The position numbers and the translations under genes are program-made. A DNA stretch of 46,896 nt from Minisyncoccota bacterium. GTDB taxonomy: Bacteria; Patescibacteriota; Minisyncoccia; Phycocordibacterales; Phycocordibacteraceae. A model generated the notes under the pieces. That model worked only from the letters and a program-made list of their open reading frames with translations. It was not told where the DNA came from and did no database searches. Every line of letters starts with the position of its first letter. The first letter of the stretch is position 1. The DNA is taken from positions 1 to 46,896 of the forward strand of contig JBAYUT010000002.1 of the NCBI GenBank assembly GCA_041674945.1. The letters are read 5' to 3'. This document shows positions 25,965 to 33,963 of this stretch, piece by piece.

Positions 25965-26992
25965 TTACCTTGTCCGTAATGCTTCTTGAGCTTCTGCACA
26001 TGCTCCGCATAGGTTTCAGAACAGTGGAAGCCACCCTGGCTGTCGTGGAAGTAGAAAATGCACGACGTGTTCTTAGGATTAAGTGCTGCAATGACTGAGG
26101 CGACTGAAGGGCTCGCTATTGGTGTGGGCGGAAGGCCCTTATGGATGTAGGTGTTGTAGGCAGACTTGCGCGCGCGATCGGCAGGGACTGGCTTGGGCCA
26201 CCACGTGCTGTTGGCGAGCGCTGTGCTCTTCACATACTGCAGGGTGGCATCGATCTGTAGGTTCATGCCAAGAAAAAGCCGATTCCAAATAATCCCTGAG
26301 ATGAGGCGCATGTCATCGGCTCCGCCTGCCTCGCGTTCAATCAAGGAGGCTATCGTAAGGGCCTGATTGAGCGGCACGATGGCGGCCGTGGTGGTGCCGT
26401 AGCGGGAGAGCACCTCCTTAGAGAAGCGCTCGTTGACCAGGGCCTGTGCCATGAGTGGTGTGGTGCCATTGCTGACGACGTATACACCAGGCGCATATGA
26501 GCCCTCGGGAAGCGGGAGTGCGGCATAAGGGCCGGTGGTTAGGAACTCCTTTCTCTGCGTGCTGTTCCAGCCAAGCGCTTTACCAAAGGTGGCGGCCACC
26601 TGCTCCTTGCGCATGCCGGGAGTGATATTAACAAAACGGGAATTGGTCGCCGCCAGTGCCTGATACCACGGCGCGTCGGCTATGGCCACAGCGACCATGG
26701 CGAAGAGGCGATTAAAAATGGTACCCGAATTGACCGTTGCGGCCTGGAGCGGAGAGCTACTGCCCTCGAGAAAGGCGTTGACGTGGACATTCTCCACAAT
26801 GAGCTTGTTCTTTGGGTCGACCGTAACGGGGAACTGGGCGAGCTCGGTGGCGGCATCGCGCTCGCGCGCGATCTCGAGGGTGAGCACCGCAGGGAGCGAC
26901 ATTGCCACGAGCAAAAGGAATACGCTAAGGCCAGCTACGACCGTTAGCGCTCGGAGTAGGCGAGTATAGGCTACAGAGGGAGGTCGTTTCAC
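25961..26992 (-). CDS. mltG: endolytic murein transglycosylase MltG (YceG-like)
   Basis: N-terminal TM helix, ASLIEREA and NTYIHKGLPPTPIASPS motifs. GTG start. Confidence 0.85.
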   Translation of the reverse strand: MKRPPSVAYTRLLRALTVVAGLSVFLLLVAMSLPAVLTLEIARERDAATELAQFPVTVDPKNKLIVENVHVNAFLEGSSSPLQAATVNSGTIFNRLFAMVAVAIADAPWYQALAATNSRFVNITPGMRKEQVAATFGKALGWNSTQRKEFLTTGPYAALPLPEGSYAPGVYVVSNGTTPLMAQALVNERFSKEVLSRYGTTTAAIVPLNQALTIASLIEREAGGADDMRLISGIIWNRLFLGMNLQIDATLQYVKSTALANSTWWPKPVPADRARKSAYNTYIHKGLPPTPIASPSVASVIAALNPKNTSCIFYFHDSQGGFHCSETYAEHVQKLKKHYGQGK

Positions 26993-27095
26993 TCGCCCAG
27001 TATACCCTATGAGATTTCAGGAGTAGAAGTGCGAGCGCGGGATTGTAAGCTGACAGGCAGCTTCCTCCTGGCGCTCGCCTCGAACGAGCGTTTCT

Positions 27096-27335
27096 CTACG
27101 CTCGTTGCTCGGCTCGCTTGGTAGTGAGCCAATCCATGACTTTCTTACGGTGCTGGTCGAGCGACCAGGTGTTGGTATCTTTAAAAAGACTTGCGTGCAG
27201 CTTCTTAAACTCTTTTAACAGCGGTGTCGAGGCCTGGGGGAAGTCGGTAGGCAGCTTCTCGTTGTAGGCCTTGAGAAATTCACCAAACGAGAGCGATTTC
27301 TCGCTCCGTGCGCGGTCAAGGTCGGGGAGCTTCAT
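27096..27335 (-). CDS. small hypothetical protein (79 aa)
   Basis: TGgTATTAT lies 7 nt upstream of ATG 27335. No family recognised. Confidence 0.4.
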   Translation of the reverse strand: MKLPDLDRARSEKSLSFGEFLKAYNEKLPTDFPQASTPLLKEFKKLHASLFKDTNTWSLDQHRKKVMDWLTTKRAEQRA

Positions 27336-27413
27336 TGCGGAAATAATACCACGAAGTCTGTAGAAAATCAATTCTCTCTGTTGAGCATGCCAGGCGTGCT
27401 ACTGTTCTTAATT

Positions 27414-27875
27414 ATGACAACAAAAGACGACTGTATATTTTGCAAGATAGTTGCGGGCGAGGCGCCCTCGTACAAGATTTGGGAAGACGATACGCACCTG
27501 GCATTCTTGTCGATTTTTCCCAACACGGAGGGATTCTCGGTGGTGATACCCAAGGAGCACTACCCGAGCTACATCTTCGACCTGCCTGAGGAGGTGATAG
27601 CGGGCCTCACGCTTGCCGCGAGCAAGGTGGGCAAGCTACTGGACGCGAAGCTCAGCGACGTGGGCCGTACGGGGATGATCTTCGAAGGTTTCGGCGTCGA
27701 CCACGCACACGCAAAACTATTCCCGATGCACGGTACGAAGGGTGGTGCGTGGGTAGCTCACAAGTCGAATGTGGATAAGTATTTTGATCAGTACGAGGGC
27801 TATATCTCCTCGCATGACTCTGTGCGTGCTAGTGATGAGGCGCTTGCGAAGCTTGCTGAGAAGGTGAGGGGTTGA
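27414..27875 (+). CDS. HIT-family nucleotide hydrolase/transferase-like protein
   Basis: DCIFCKIVAGEAPSYKIWEDD..LAFLSIFPNTEG. The histidine triad region reads DHAHAKLFP, so the third His is replaced by Lys. Confidence 0.8.
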   Translation: MTTKDDCIFCKIVAGEAPSYKIWEDDTHLAFLSIFPNTEGFSVVIPKEHYPSYIFDLPEEVIAGLTLAASKVGKLLDAKLSDVGRTGMIFEGFGVDHAHAKLFPMHGTKGGAWVAHKSNVDKYFDQYEGYISSHDSVRASDEALAKLAEKVRG

Positions 27876-27928
27876 GCAAAGAGAGGTGCTCTGGCAAGGT
27901 GTAGATGCTCGTAACAAGCGAGAATCTA

Positions 27929-27937
27929 TGATATAAT
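27929..27937 (+). promoter_or_regulatory. extended -10 box TGaTATAAT, 7 nt upstream of ATG 27945
   Basis: TG at 27929-27930, TATAAT at 27932..27937. Confidence 0.5.
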
Positions 27938-27944
27938 AACAATA

Positions 27945-28814
27945 ATGGACGGGGGACATTCCGACAGCGGCACGTTGCAGCTCCCCTCCGCGCTATTCTC
28001 ATGGGACAGTCCGCAGAAGGATGGCGGGAGTGATTTGCTAACACCTATTTCACAGGCGCTTGCAGAGCTCAAGCGCCGACAGGCCGATTCCGATCTCAAG
28101 CAGCGAGTCTTGGATTACCTTGACAATGATATTCCAGCGTATTTTGCACAGGGGCCGATTCTATACCTGGCGCGTCACCTAGCGACACCAAACCTCGAAA
28201 CCATTCGGTTCTCGAGTCTTCTCCGCGCATTCAGCGTTCCCGTTGTTATTGGCCAGGATCCGAGTGATAAGTTTGTATCCAATAATCCGCTCAAGCGAGC
28301 GCTCTGTCGCCTGCCGGTACACACTGCGAAGATGAATTCTGACGGCTCGACGGCAGAAGAATATCAAAAAGTGACCATTGTCGATTTCAATGTTGCTAAT
28401 GGAAAGCCGTTTCAAGAGATTGAGACACTATGGGGTGAGAAGTTGACCAGATTTCACGCAGGACTGTGTTCGCGACTCTTTGATTCGGCGGTTCGGCTAG
28501 AGGACGACTCTCCCTGGATTGACAGGCACCATCGTGGGGACCTCTTGGCACATTACAGAGAGTTCCTCGCACTATTCATTGTAGGGGGCGTCCTGTTCGA
28601 GGATTTCTTGTCAGATGACCCAGAGGAGCTTGAGTTTATGGAGACGGTGTTTCGGCCTGCTTTTTCCCACGTTGAGAAAGTATTTGGGGTCCGCCCACTG
28701 ATTACGCAGCTGTTGCCGCGCTCTGCTCAAAGTGAGCTGTTTTGGATGGCGTACCCCAGAGAGGTCCTCGACATAATTAATGGTATACCTGGGCGTGCGG
28801 CAGAGTACGTATGA
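27945..28814 (+). CDS. hypothetical protein (289 aa), no recognisable domain
   Basis: Long ORF in the low-GC segment. Its stop overlaps the EamA start (ATGA). Confidence 0.5.
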   Translation: MDGGHSDSGTLQLPSALFSWDSPQKDGGSDLLTPISQALAELKRRQADSDLKQRVLDYLDNDIPAYFAQGPILYLARHLATPNLETIRFSSLLRAFSVPVVIGQDPSDKFVSNNPLKRALCRLPVHTAKMNSDGSTAEEYQKVTIVDFNVANGKPFQEIETLWGEKLTRFHAGLCSRLFDSAVRLEDDSPWIDRHHRGDLLAHYREFLALFIVGGVLFEDFLSDDPEELEFMETVFRPAFSHVEKVFGVRPLITQLLPRSAQSELFWMAYPREVLDIINGIPGRAAEYV

Positions 28815-29728
28815 GTTGGTTTTTTCTTGCGCTGGTCGGGCCTTTTCTGTACGCTGCCACCAACCACATTGATAAGATAATCCTCGAAAAGTATTTCAAG
28901 GAGGGTGGCGTAGGCTCGCTGCTTATTGTCTCAGCTCTCTCATCGGTGCTTGCGCTCCCATTCATATTTGCGTTTGACACAAGTGTTTTCGCCGTGAGCG
29001 CAATGAATGTGGTCGCGCTGTCGATTGTTGGTATTTTGAACGTGATGGTTCTTTGGTTCTATCTCACAGCACTTAAGGCAGAGGAGGCCTCGGTCGCGGT
29101 GGTGTTCTATCAGCTGGTGCCGGTCTTTGGCTATGTCTTCGGCTACTTCATTCTCGGCGAGACGCTCACGGCGCTTCAGTTGGTCGCAATGGGCGTCATT
29201 ATTCTTGGTACCGCTATCATTTCCTTCGAAATTGAGGAGGACAATCATTTTCGCCTCAGAGTAAACACTGTTTTTTTCATGACAGCCGCTGCGCTGTGCT
29301 GGGCCCTCGAGTCGGTAATATTTAAGGCCGTCGCACTCGAAGAGAGCGTGGTGCGCTCTCTCTTCTGGGAGCATCTCATGCTCTCTGTGGCTGGAGCGCT
29401 GATATTCTGTTGTATCCCGCTGTATCGAAAGCACTTTCTTATCGCCATGCGTGGAAACTCAGCAGGCGTTCTTGGTCTCAATCTGCTCAACGAGACACTC
29501 TACATGGTCGGTAACATTGTCTTTGCCTTCGCGTACCTGCTTGCGCCAATTGCACTAGTGTTGCTGGGCGAGTCATATCAGCCGTTGTTTGTGCTAGGGA
29601 TTGGAGTGCTGCTTACTATGCTTTTCCCAACTATTGTGGAGGAGAAGTTATATTTGAGACATCTCTCGCAGAAGATTGCCGCTATTGCACTCACGGGTAT
29701 CGGAACGTACCTACTGCTAGTTTCATAA
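28811..29728 (+). CDS. EamA/DMT-superfamily transporter
   Basis: Ten TM helices in two EamA-like halves (YAATNHIDKIILEKY..., GETLTALQLVAMGVIILG). Confidence 0.8.
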   Translation: MSWFFLALVGPFLYAATNHIDKIILEKYFKEGGVGSLLIVSALSSVLALPFIFAFDTSVFAVSAMNVVALSIVGILNVMVLWFYLTALKAEEASVAVVFYQLVPVFGYVFGYFILGETLTALQLVAMGVIILGTAIISFEIEEDNHFRLRVNTVFFMTAAALCWALESVIFKAVALEESVVRSLFWEHLMLSVAGALIFCCIPLYRKHFLIAMRGNSAGVLGLNLLNETLYMVGNIVFAFAYLLAPIALVLLGESYQPLFVLGIGVLLTMLFPTIVEEKLYLRHLSQKIAAIALTGIGTYLLLVS

Positions 29729-29746
29729 AAGCACCTCTGGATGTCG

Positions 29747-29755
29747 TGCTATTAT
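29747..29755 (+). promoter_or_regulatory. extended -10 box TGcTATTAT, 7 nt upstream of ATG 29763
   Basis: TG at 29747-29748, TATTAT at 29750..29755. Confidence 0.45.
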
Positions 29756-29762
29756 ATACTGC

Positions 29763-30113
29763 ATGAGATTGCGTAACTCATCAATACTGTACGTACTGGT
29801 GCCGAGCTTAGTTGTTGTCGGGCTCATGTCATACTTGCGGTTCTTTATTAGTCGGGATTATCTGGTAACGTATGAAGGGTCCTGTGATCCTGCAATCGCC
29901 TCTTGCTACGTAGGCTGTGAGGATGACGAATGTTCGGAGGAGTATTTTTACACGATTGTAGAGCGCCGAGCGGATATACTTTATGCGCAATGTGGCCCGA
30001 GTGTTGATGGTTGTGAACAGTCCGACGCCTGTCTTCCTGATGAGGCCGGGTGCGTAATTGCGTATTGTGATGCTGCCACCGAGCTCGACATGTGCGATAC
30101 TCAAGCTGAATAA
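29763..30113 (+). CDS. membrane-anchored Cys-rich (10 Cys) extracytoplasmic protein
   Basis: N-terminal TM helix (ILYVLVPSLVVVGLMSYL), then an acidic domain with 10 cysteines. Confidence 0.5.
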   Translation: MRLRNSSILYVLVPSLVVVGLMSYLRFFISRDYLVTYEGSCDPAIASCYVGCEDDECSEEYFYTIVERRADILYAQCGPSVDGCEQSDACLPDEAGCVIAYCDAATELDMCDTQAE

Positions 30114-30116
30114 ATT

Positions 30117-30650
30117 ATGTACTCTTGGATGAACAAGAAGCTGAAGGTTGGAGAGACTCAAAAGCACGGCATGGGTATTTTTGCTATGGACGATATACGG
30201 AAGGGCGAAACCTTGTTCGTTATGGGTGGACACATAATTGACATCGAGACGGAGAATACACTCGATGAGTTTCAGATCGATAAGCCAATTGAGATCTCCA
30301 AGGAGTTTTCCTTCTGTCCAATCAGTCCTTCCGACATGATGCTTATGCCTCAACACTATGTGAATCATAGTTGCGAACCGAACGCGGGCTTTAAACGCTC
30401 AAACTTTATGCTTGCCATTCAGGATATCCCGAAAGGGGATGAGGTCAGATATGATTATGCAATGATTATCGCAGGTAACCCGGACAGCAAAAATTATTTT
30501 TCTATGGAGTGTACTTGCGGGTCGGTGCTGTGTCGAAAAATCATTGATGAAGAGGGCTGGAAGGATCCCGTCCTGCAGAAGAAATACCGAGGGCATTTTC
30601 AGCAGTACATAGAGGAGATGATCGATGGTGAGTTTTCCACGGGCATATGA
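30117..30650 (+). CDS. SET-domain protein-lysine methyltransferase-like protein with post-SET Cys cluster
   Basis: GMGIFA, YVNHSCEPN, EVRYDY and post-SET CTCGSVLCRK. Starts 3 nt after the previous stop. Confidence 0.8.
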   Translation: MYSWMNKKLKVGETQKHGMGIFAMDDIRKGETLFVMGGHIIDIETENTLDEFQIDKPIEISKEFSFCPISPSDMMLMPQHYVNHSCEPNAGFKRSNFMLAIQDIPKGDEVRYDYAMIIAGNPDSKNYFSMECTCGSVLCRKIIDEEGWKDPVLQKKYRGHFQQYIEEMIDGEFSTGI

Positions 30651-32323
30651 TCTGTAATCTGTACACTGAACCGTTCTTTTTTTTGTTCTCGGCTGATTTG
30701 CCAGCGCTTTTGTATTATTCGCACATTCCCGCCGCAGTGCTCGCTCTCGTGGTCGGGGCGTTCGTATTCGCGCATGATCCTCGAGTTCTGCTAAATCGAT
30801 TGCTTTTTTACATAGGTCTTATTTTCTCGCTCTGGACCCTGGCGAATTTAATCGTCTGGACCAACATTCATAGCGATTTCATATTGTTCGTCTGGTCATA
30901 TTTTGGTATCCTTTCGTCTCTTCTGTCTGTGTTTTGTGTGTATTTCATCTACGCTTTTCTCAAGAAAGGGGATGTCTCTCTCGGACATAAGCTAGTCTTT
31001 CTGACACTGCTTGCGCCAGTGTTCATTCTTGCTTCTACGTCCATGAATCTCGGGGGATTTGATCTAATCGCGTGCGACGCTTTTGCGTATGAGAATCTCG
31101 CATTCTACACCTACTACACAATGCTCGGTGTTCTTGCGATGGTTTGGATATTCTGGTTGCTTGCTCGCGCCTATCGCTCTGCGGCGCCGGATTTCAAAAA
31201 GCAAATTGTGCTCATGGGTATAGGAATGGAATTCTTCTTGTTTTCTTTTTTTATCATTATCTTTTTTTCATCCTACCTAACTGGCGCAGGGTTCCTCGAG
31301 AGCTCTGAAGCTGAGTTCTATGCCTTTTTTGGAATGATTATCTTTATGTCGTTTATTGCCTACATGATCGTTCGTTTTAAGACGTTTAACGTGGGGCTTG
31401 TGGCATCGCAGGCGTTGGTTATCGCTCTTGTGATACTGATTGGATCTCAGTTCACTTATGTTAGGTCAACGACGAGTGTCGTATTGAGCTCAATTACACT
31501 AGTGCTTACTATCGTTGCGGGGTATATCTTAGTACGTAGCGTTAAACGCGAGATCGAGCAACGCGAAGTTGTCGAAAGCCTCGCCAAGACGCTCGACGAG
31601 ACCAACGGTAGACAGGAGACGCTCATCCACTTTATCGGGCACGAGGTTAAGGGTTTCTTGACCAAAGACACGGGAGCGTTCTCCTCGCTTATGGACGGAG
31701 ACTTTGGGCCTCTGCCTGAGCCGCTTAAGCCCTTTGTGACGCGCGCACTGCTTGAATCGCGTGCGGGGGCCGACTCGGTGGCGCAGATATTGAAGGCCTC
31801 AAACCTTAAGAAGGGCACCGTGACCTACGCCAAGGAGCCGTTTGACCTGAAGGACCTTGTCGCCAAGGCAGTGGAGAAGGGTAAGCTGAGCGCTGAGCAA
31901 AAGGGCGTCACGCTCAGCTTCTCTGCGGCAGAAGGGTCGTACACCATGGTGGGTGACGCGCCGCAGCTCGCCGACCACGTGCTCCGGAATCTTATCGACA
32001 ATGCTATTAACTACACGCCTGCAGGCACCATAGCGGTGACGCTCAAAAATGAGAGCGGCAAACTCGTGTTTGCCGTGAAGGACTCGGGTATCGGTATTAC
32101 CGAGGCAGACAAGAAGCGCCTCTTTACCGAGGGCGGCCACGGGGAGAATTCGCAGAAGGTGAATGCACACTCCACTGGGTACGGCCTCTATATCGCCAAG
32201 AACATTACCGAGGCACATGGCGGTACGATACGAGCTGAGAGCGAGGGGGAGGGCAAGGGCTCGACCTTTATTGCAGAGTTTCCCGCATCTGACGTACCGG
32301 ACGGTAATAAACACGCGGCATAG
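30647..32323 (+). CDS. sensor histidine kinase, N-terminal 7TM-type membrane sensor (HK1)
   Basis: About 290 aa of TM helices, H-box ETLIHFIGHEVKGF, N-box NLIDNAINYTP, G1 DSGIGIT and G2 GYGLYIAK. ATGA overlap with the SET gene. Confidence 0.85.
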   Translation: MICNLYTEPFFFLFSADLPALLYYSHIPAAVLALVVGAFVFAHDPRVLLNRLLFYIGLIFSLWTLANLIVWTNIHSDFILFVWSYFGILSSLLSVFCVYFIYAFLKKGDVSLGHKLVFLTLLAPVFILASTSMNLGGFDLIACDAFAYENLAFYTYYTMLGVLAMVWIFWLLARAYRSAAPDFKKQIVLMGIGMEFFLFSFFIIIFFSSYLTGAGFLESSEAEFYAFFGMIIFMSFIAYMIVRFKTFNVGLVASQALVIALVILIGSQFTYVRSTTSVVLSSITLVLTIVAGYILVRSVKREIEQREVVESLAKTLDETNGRQETLIHFIGHEVKGFLTKDTGAFSSLMDGDFGPLPEPLKPFVTRALLESRAGADSVAQILKASNLKKGTVTYAKEPFDLKDLVAKAVEKGKLSAEQKGVTLSFSAAEGSYTMVGDAPQLADHVLRNLIDNAINYTPAGTIAVTLKNESGKLVFAVKDSGIGITEADKKRLFTEGGHGENSQKVNAHSTGYGLYIAKNITEAHGGTIRAESEGEGKGSTFIAEFPASDVPDGNKHAA

Positions 32324-32358
32324 ATTATTGAGGAGCGTCGCGCGCTATACTGACAACA

Positions 32359-33963
32359 ATGAGCCTCGTTGCTGAAGCGTATATTGTGCTGGTCGTTGCT
32401 GCGTTCAATCTTGTACTTGGGGGGATTATCTTGGCGCAAGACTTCCGCAGCGCGGCGAACCGCGCTTTTACAATTATTGCGCTCACCATCGCCGGCTGGG
32501 GTCTGACCGTGGGTCTGTATCTGCTTGTCGTTCCCGACAATGTCTTCTATTACGAGCTGCTACCGCGCCTCGTGTACTTCTTCGGTATTAGCACTTCGGC
32601 CGCGTTTCTCCACTTTGCCCTCGTCTTCGACGCGGAGAAGCCGCCCTCGCGGGTGATAACCTGGCTGATTGCGCTTACGACTGCGGGCGTGTTCGCGGTG
32701 TATGTATTTACGGATCTTGTTATCAGAGGGCCGCTCGTGACGCCGTCTGGCATTAAGGGATTTGTGTTCGGCCCGCTGCGGTTTATTGTCGACATCGAAT
32801 TGTGGGGATTTTTCTTTATTGCGTTTGTTATTTTCATCAACAAGTACCGGCGTTTCGCTGGGCAGGCGCGCTTGCAGGTGCTGGTTATCCTCCTCGGCAC
32901 CTACACCGCGCTTGCTATTGCCGGTACCACCAACAACACCCTACTTGCGCTGGGTATCTTTGAGTATTTCTGGGTCGGACCTACGGCGGTGGTTATCTGG
33001 ACTCTCTCCATGGCGTACTCGGTAGCACGGCTACAGCTCTTCGACGTTAAAGTCATCGTGGCCGAAGTGCTGATTTTCGCCCTCTGGCTCATCTTCCTCC
33101 TGAGAGCGGTGCTCTCGCAAGATGAGTCAGATTTTGCTATCAATATCGTCCTGTTTGTCGCCGTGCTTGTTCTCGGCGTGTTCCTCATCAATAGTGTCCT
33201 CCGCAAGGTGAAACAAAGGGAGCAGATTGAGTTGCAGGACAAGGCGCTTGCATTGGTCAATGCCAAGCAGGAGACGCTGCTGCACTTTATTAGTCACGAG
33301 GTCAAAGGCTACTTTGCCAAGAGTGAGGCAGTGTTCTCGGGCATCACTGAGGGCGACTTTGGCCCGGCGTCACCGAGCCTCCGTACCATGGCCGCGCGGG
33401 GGCTCGAAGACGTGAGGATGGGGGTATCGATGGTGTTGAGCATTCTTGATGCCTCCAGTATGAAGAACGGGACTACCTCGTACCGCATGAGCCTCTTCGA
33501 CCTTAAGAAAACGGTAGCTGAGGTGGCCGAGGAGCTCCGCCCGCGTGCAGAGGAGAAGGGTCTCACGTACCAAGTGACTGGCGTCACGGGCGCGGTAGCG
33601 GTCGTGCGCGGCGATGAGGTAAAGATACGCAAGCACGTGATCTACAACCTTATCGACAACGCGATCCTCTACACGCCCGCGGGGTCGATAACCATTGCGC
33701 TCGATTGTACCGCTTCGTCCGCGCGCCTCACGGTCGTGGACACGGGCGTCGGTATCACTCCGGACGATATGCAGCGCCTCTTTACCGAGGGTGGGCGAGG
33801 AAGGGAGGCGCTTACGGTAAACGTCCACTCGACCGGCTTTGGCTTGTATATTGTTAAACGCGTGCTCGATGCGCACGGCGCGAGCATCGAGGCCACCTCG
33901 GCAGGCGCAGGCAAGGGGGCGCAGTTTGCCGTAGAGTTTCCGCTCGCACATCCAACAACATGA
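32359..33963 (+). CDS. sensor histidine kinase, 7TM-type (HK2)
   Basis: H-box ETLLHFISHEVKGY, plus NLIDNAILYTP, DTGVGIT and GFGLYIVK. Confidence 0.85.
   Translation: MSLVAEAYIVLVVAAFNLVLGGIILAQDFRSAANRAFTIIALTIAGWGLTVGLYLLVVPDNVFYYELLPRLVYFFGISTSAAFLHFALVFDAEKPPSRVITWLIALTTAGVFAVYVFTDLVIRGPLVTPSGIKGFVFGPLRFIVDIELWGFFFIAFVIFINKYRRFAGQARLQVLVILLGTYTALAIAGTTNNTLLALGIFEYFWVGPTAVVIWTLSMAYSVARLQLFDVKVIVAEVLIFALWLIFLLRAVLSQDESDFAINIVLFVAVLVLGVFLINSVLRKVKQREQIELQDKALALVNAKQETLLHFISHEVKGYFAKSEAVFSGITEGDFGPASPSLRTMAARGLEDVRMGVSMVLSILDASSMKNGTTSYRMSLFDLKKTVAEVAEELRPRAEEKGLTYQVTGVTGAVAVVRGDEVKIRKHVIYNLIDNAILYTPAGSITIALDCTASSARLTVVDTGVGITPDDMQRLFTEGGRGREALTVNVHSTGFGLYIVKRVLDAHGASIEATSAGAGKGAQFAVEFPLAHPTT

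Noticed and set aside
27690-27720. The HIT protein's triad reading H-A-H-A-K instead of HxHxH, as a sign of a novel activity.
   Set aside because: Variation at the third His is known among HIT-superfamily branches. It cannot be judged without an alignment, so it is noted only in the feature evidence.
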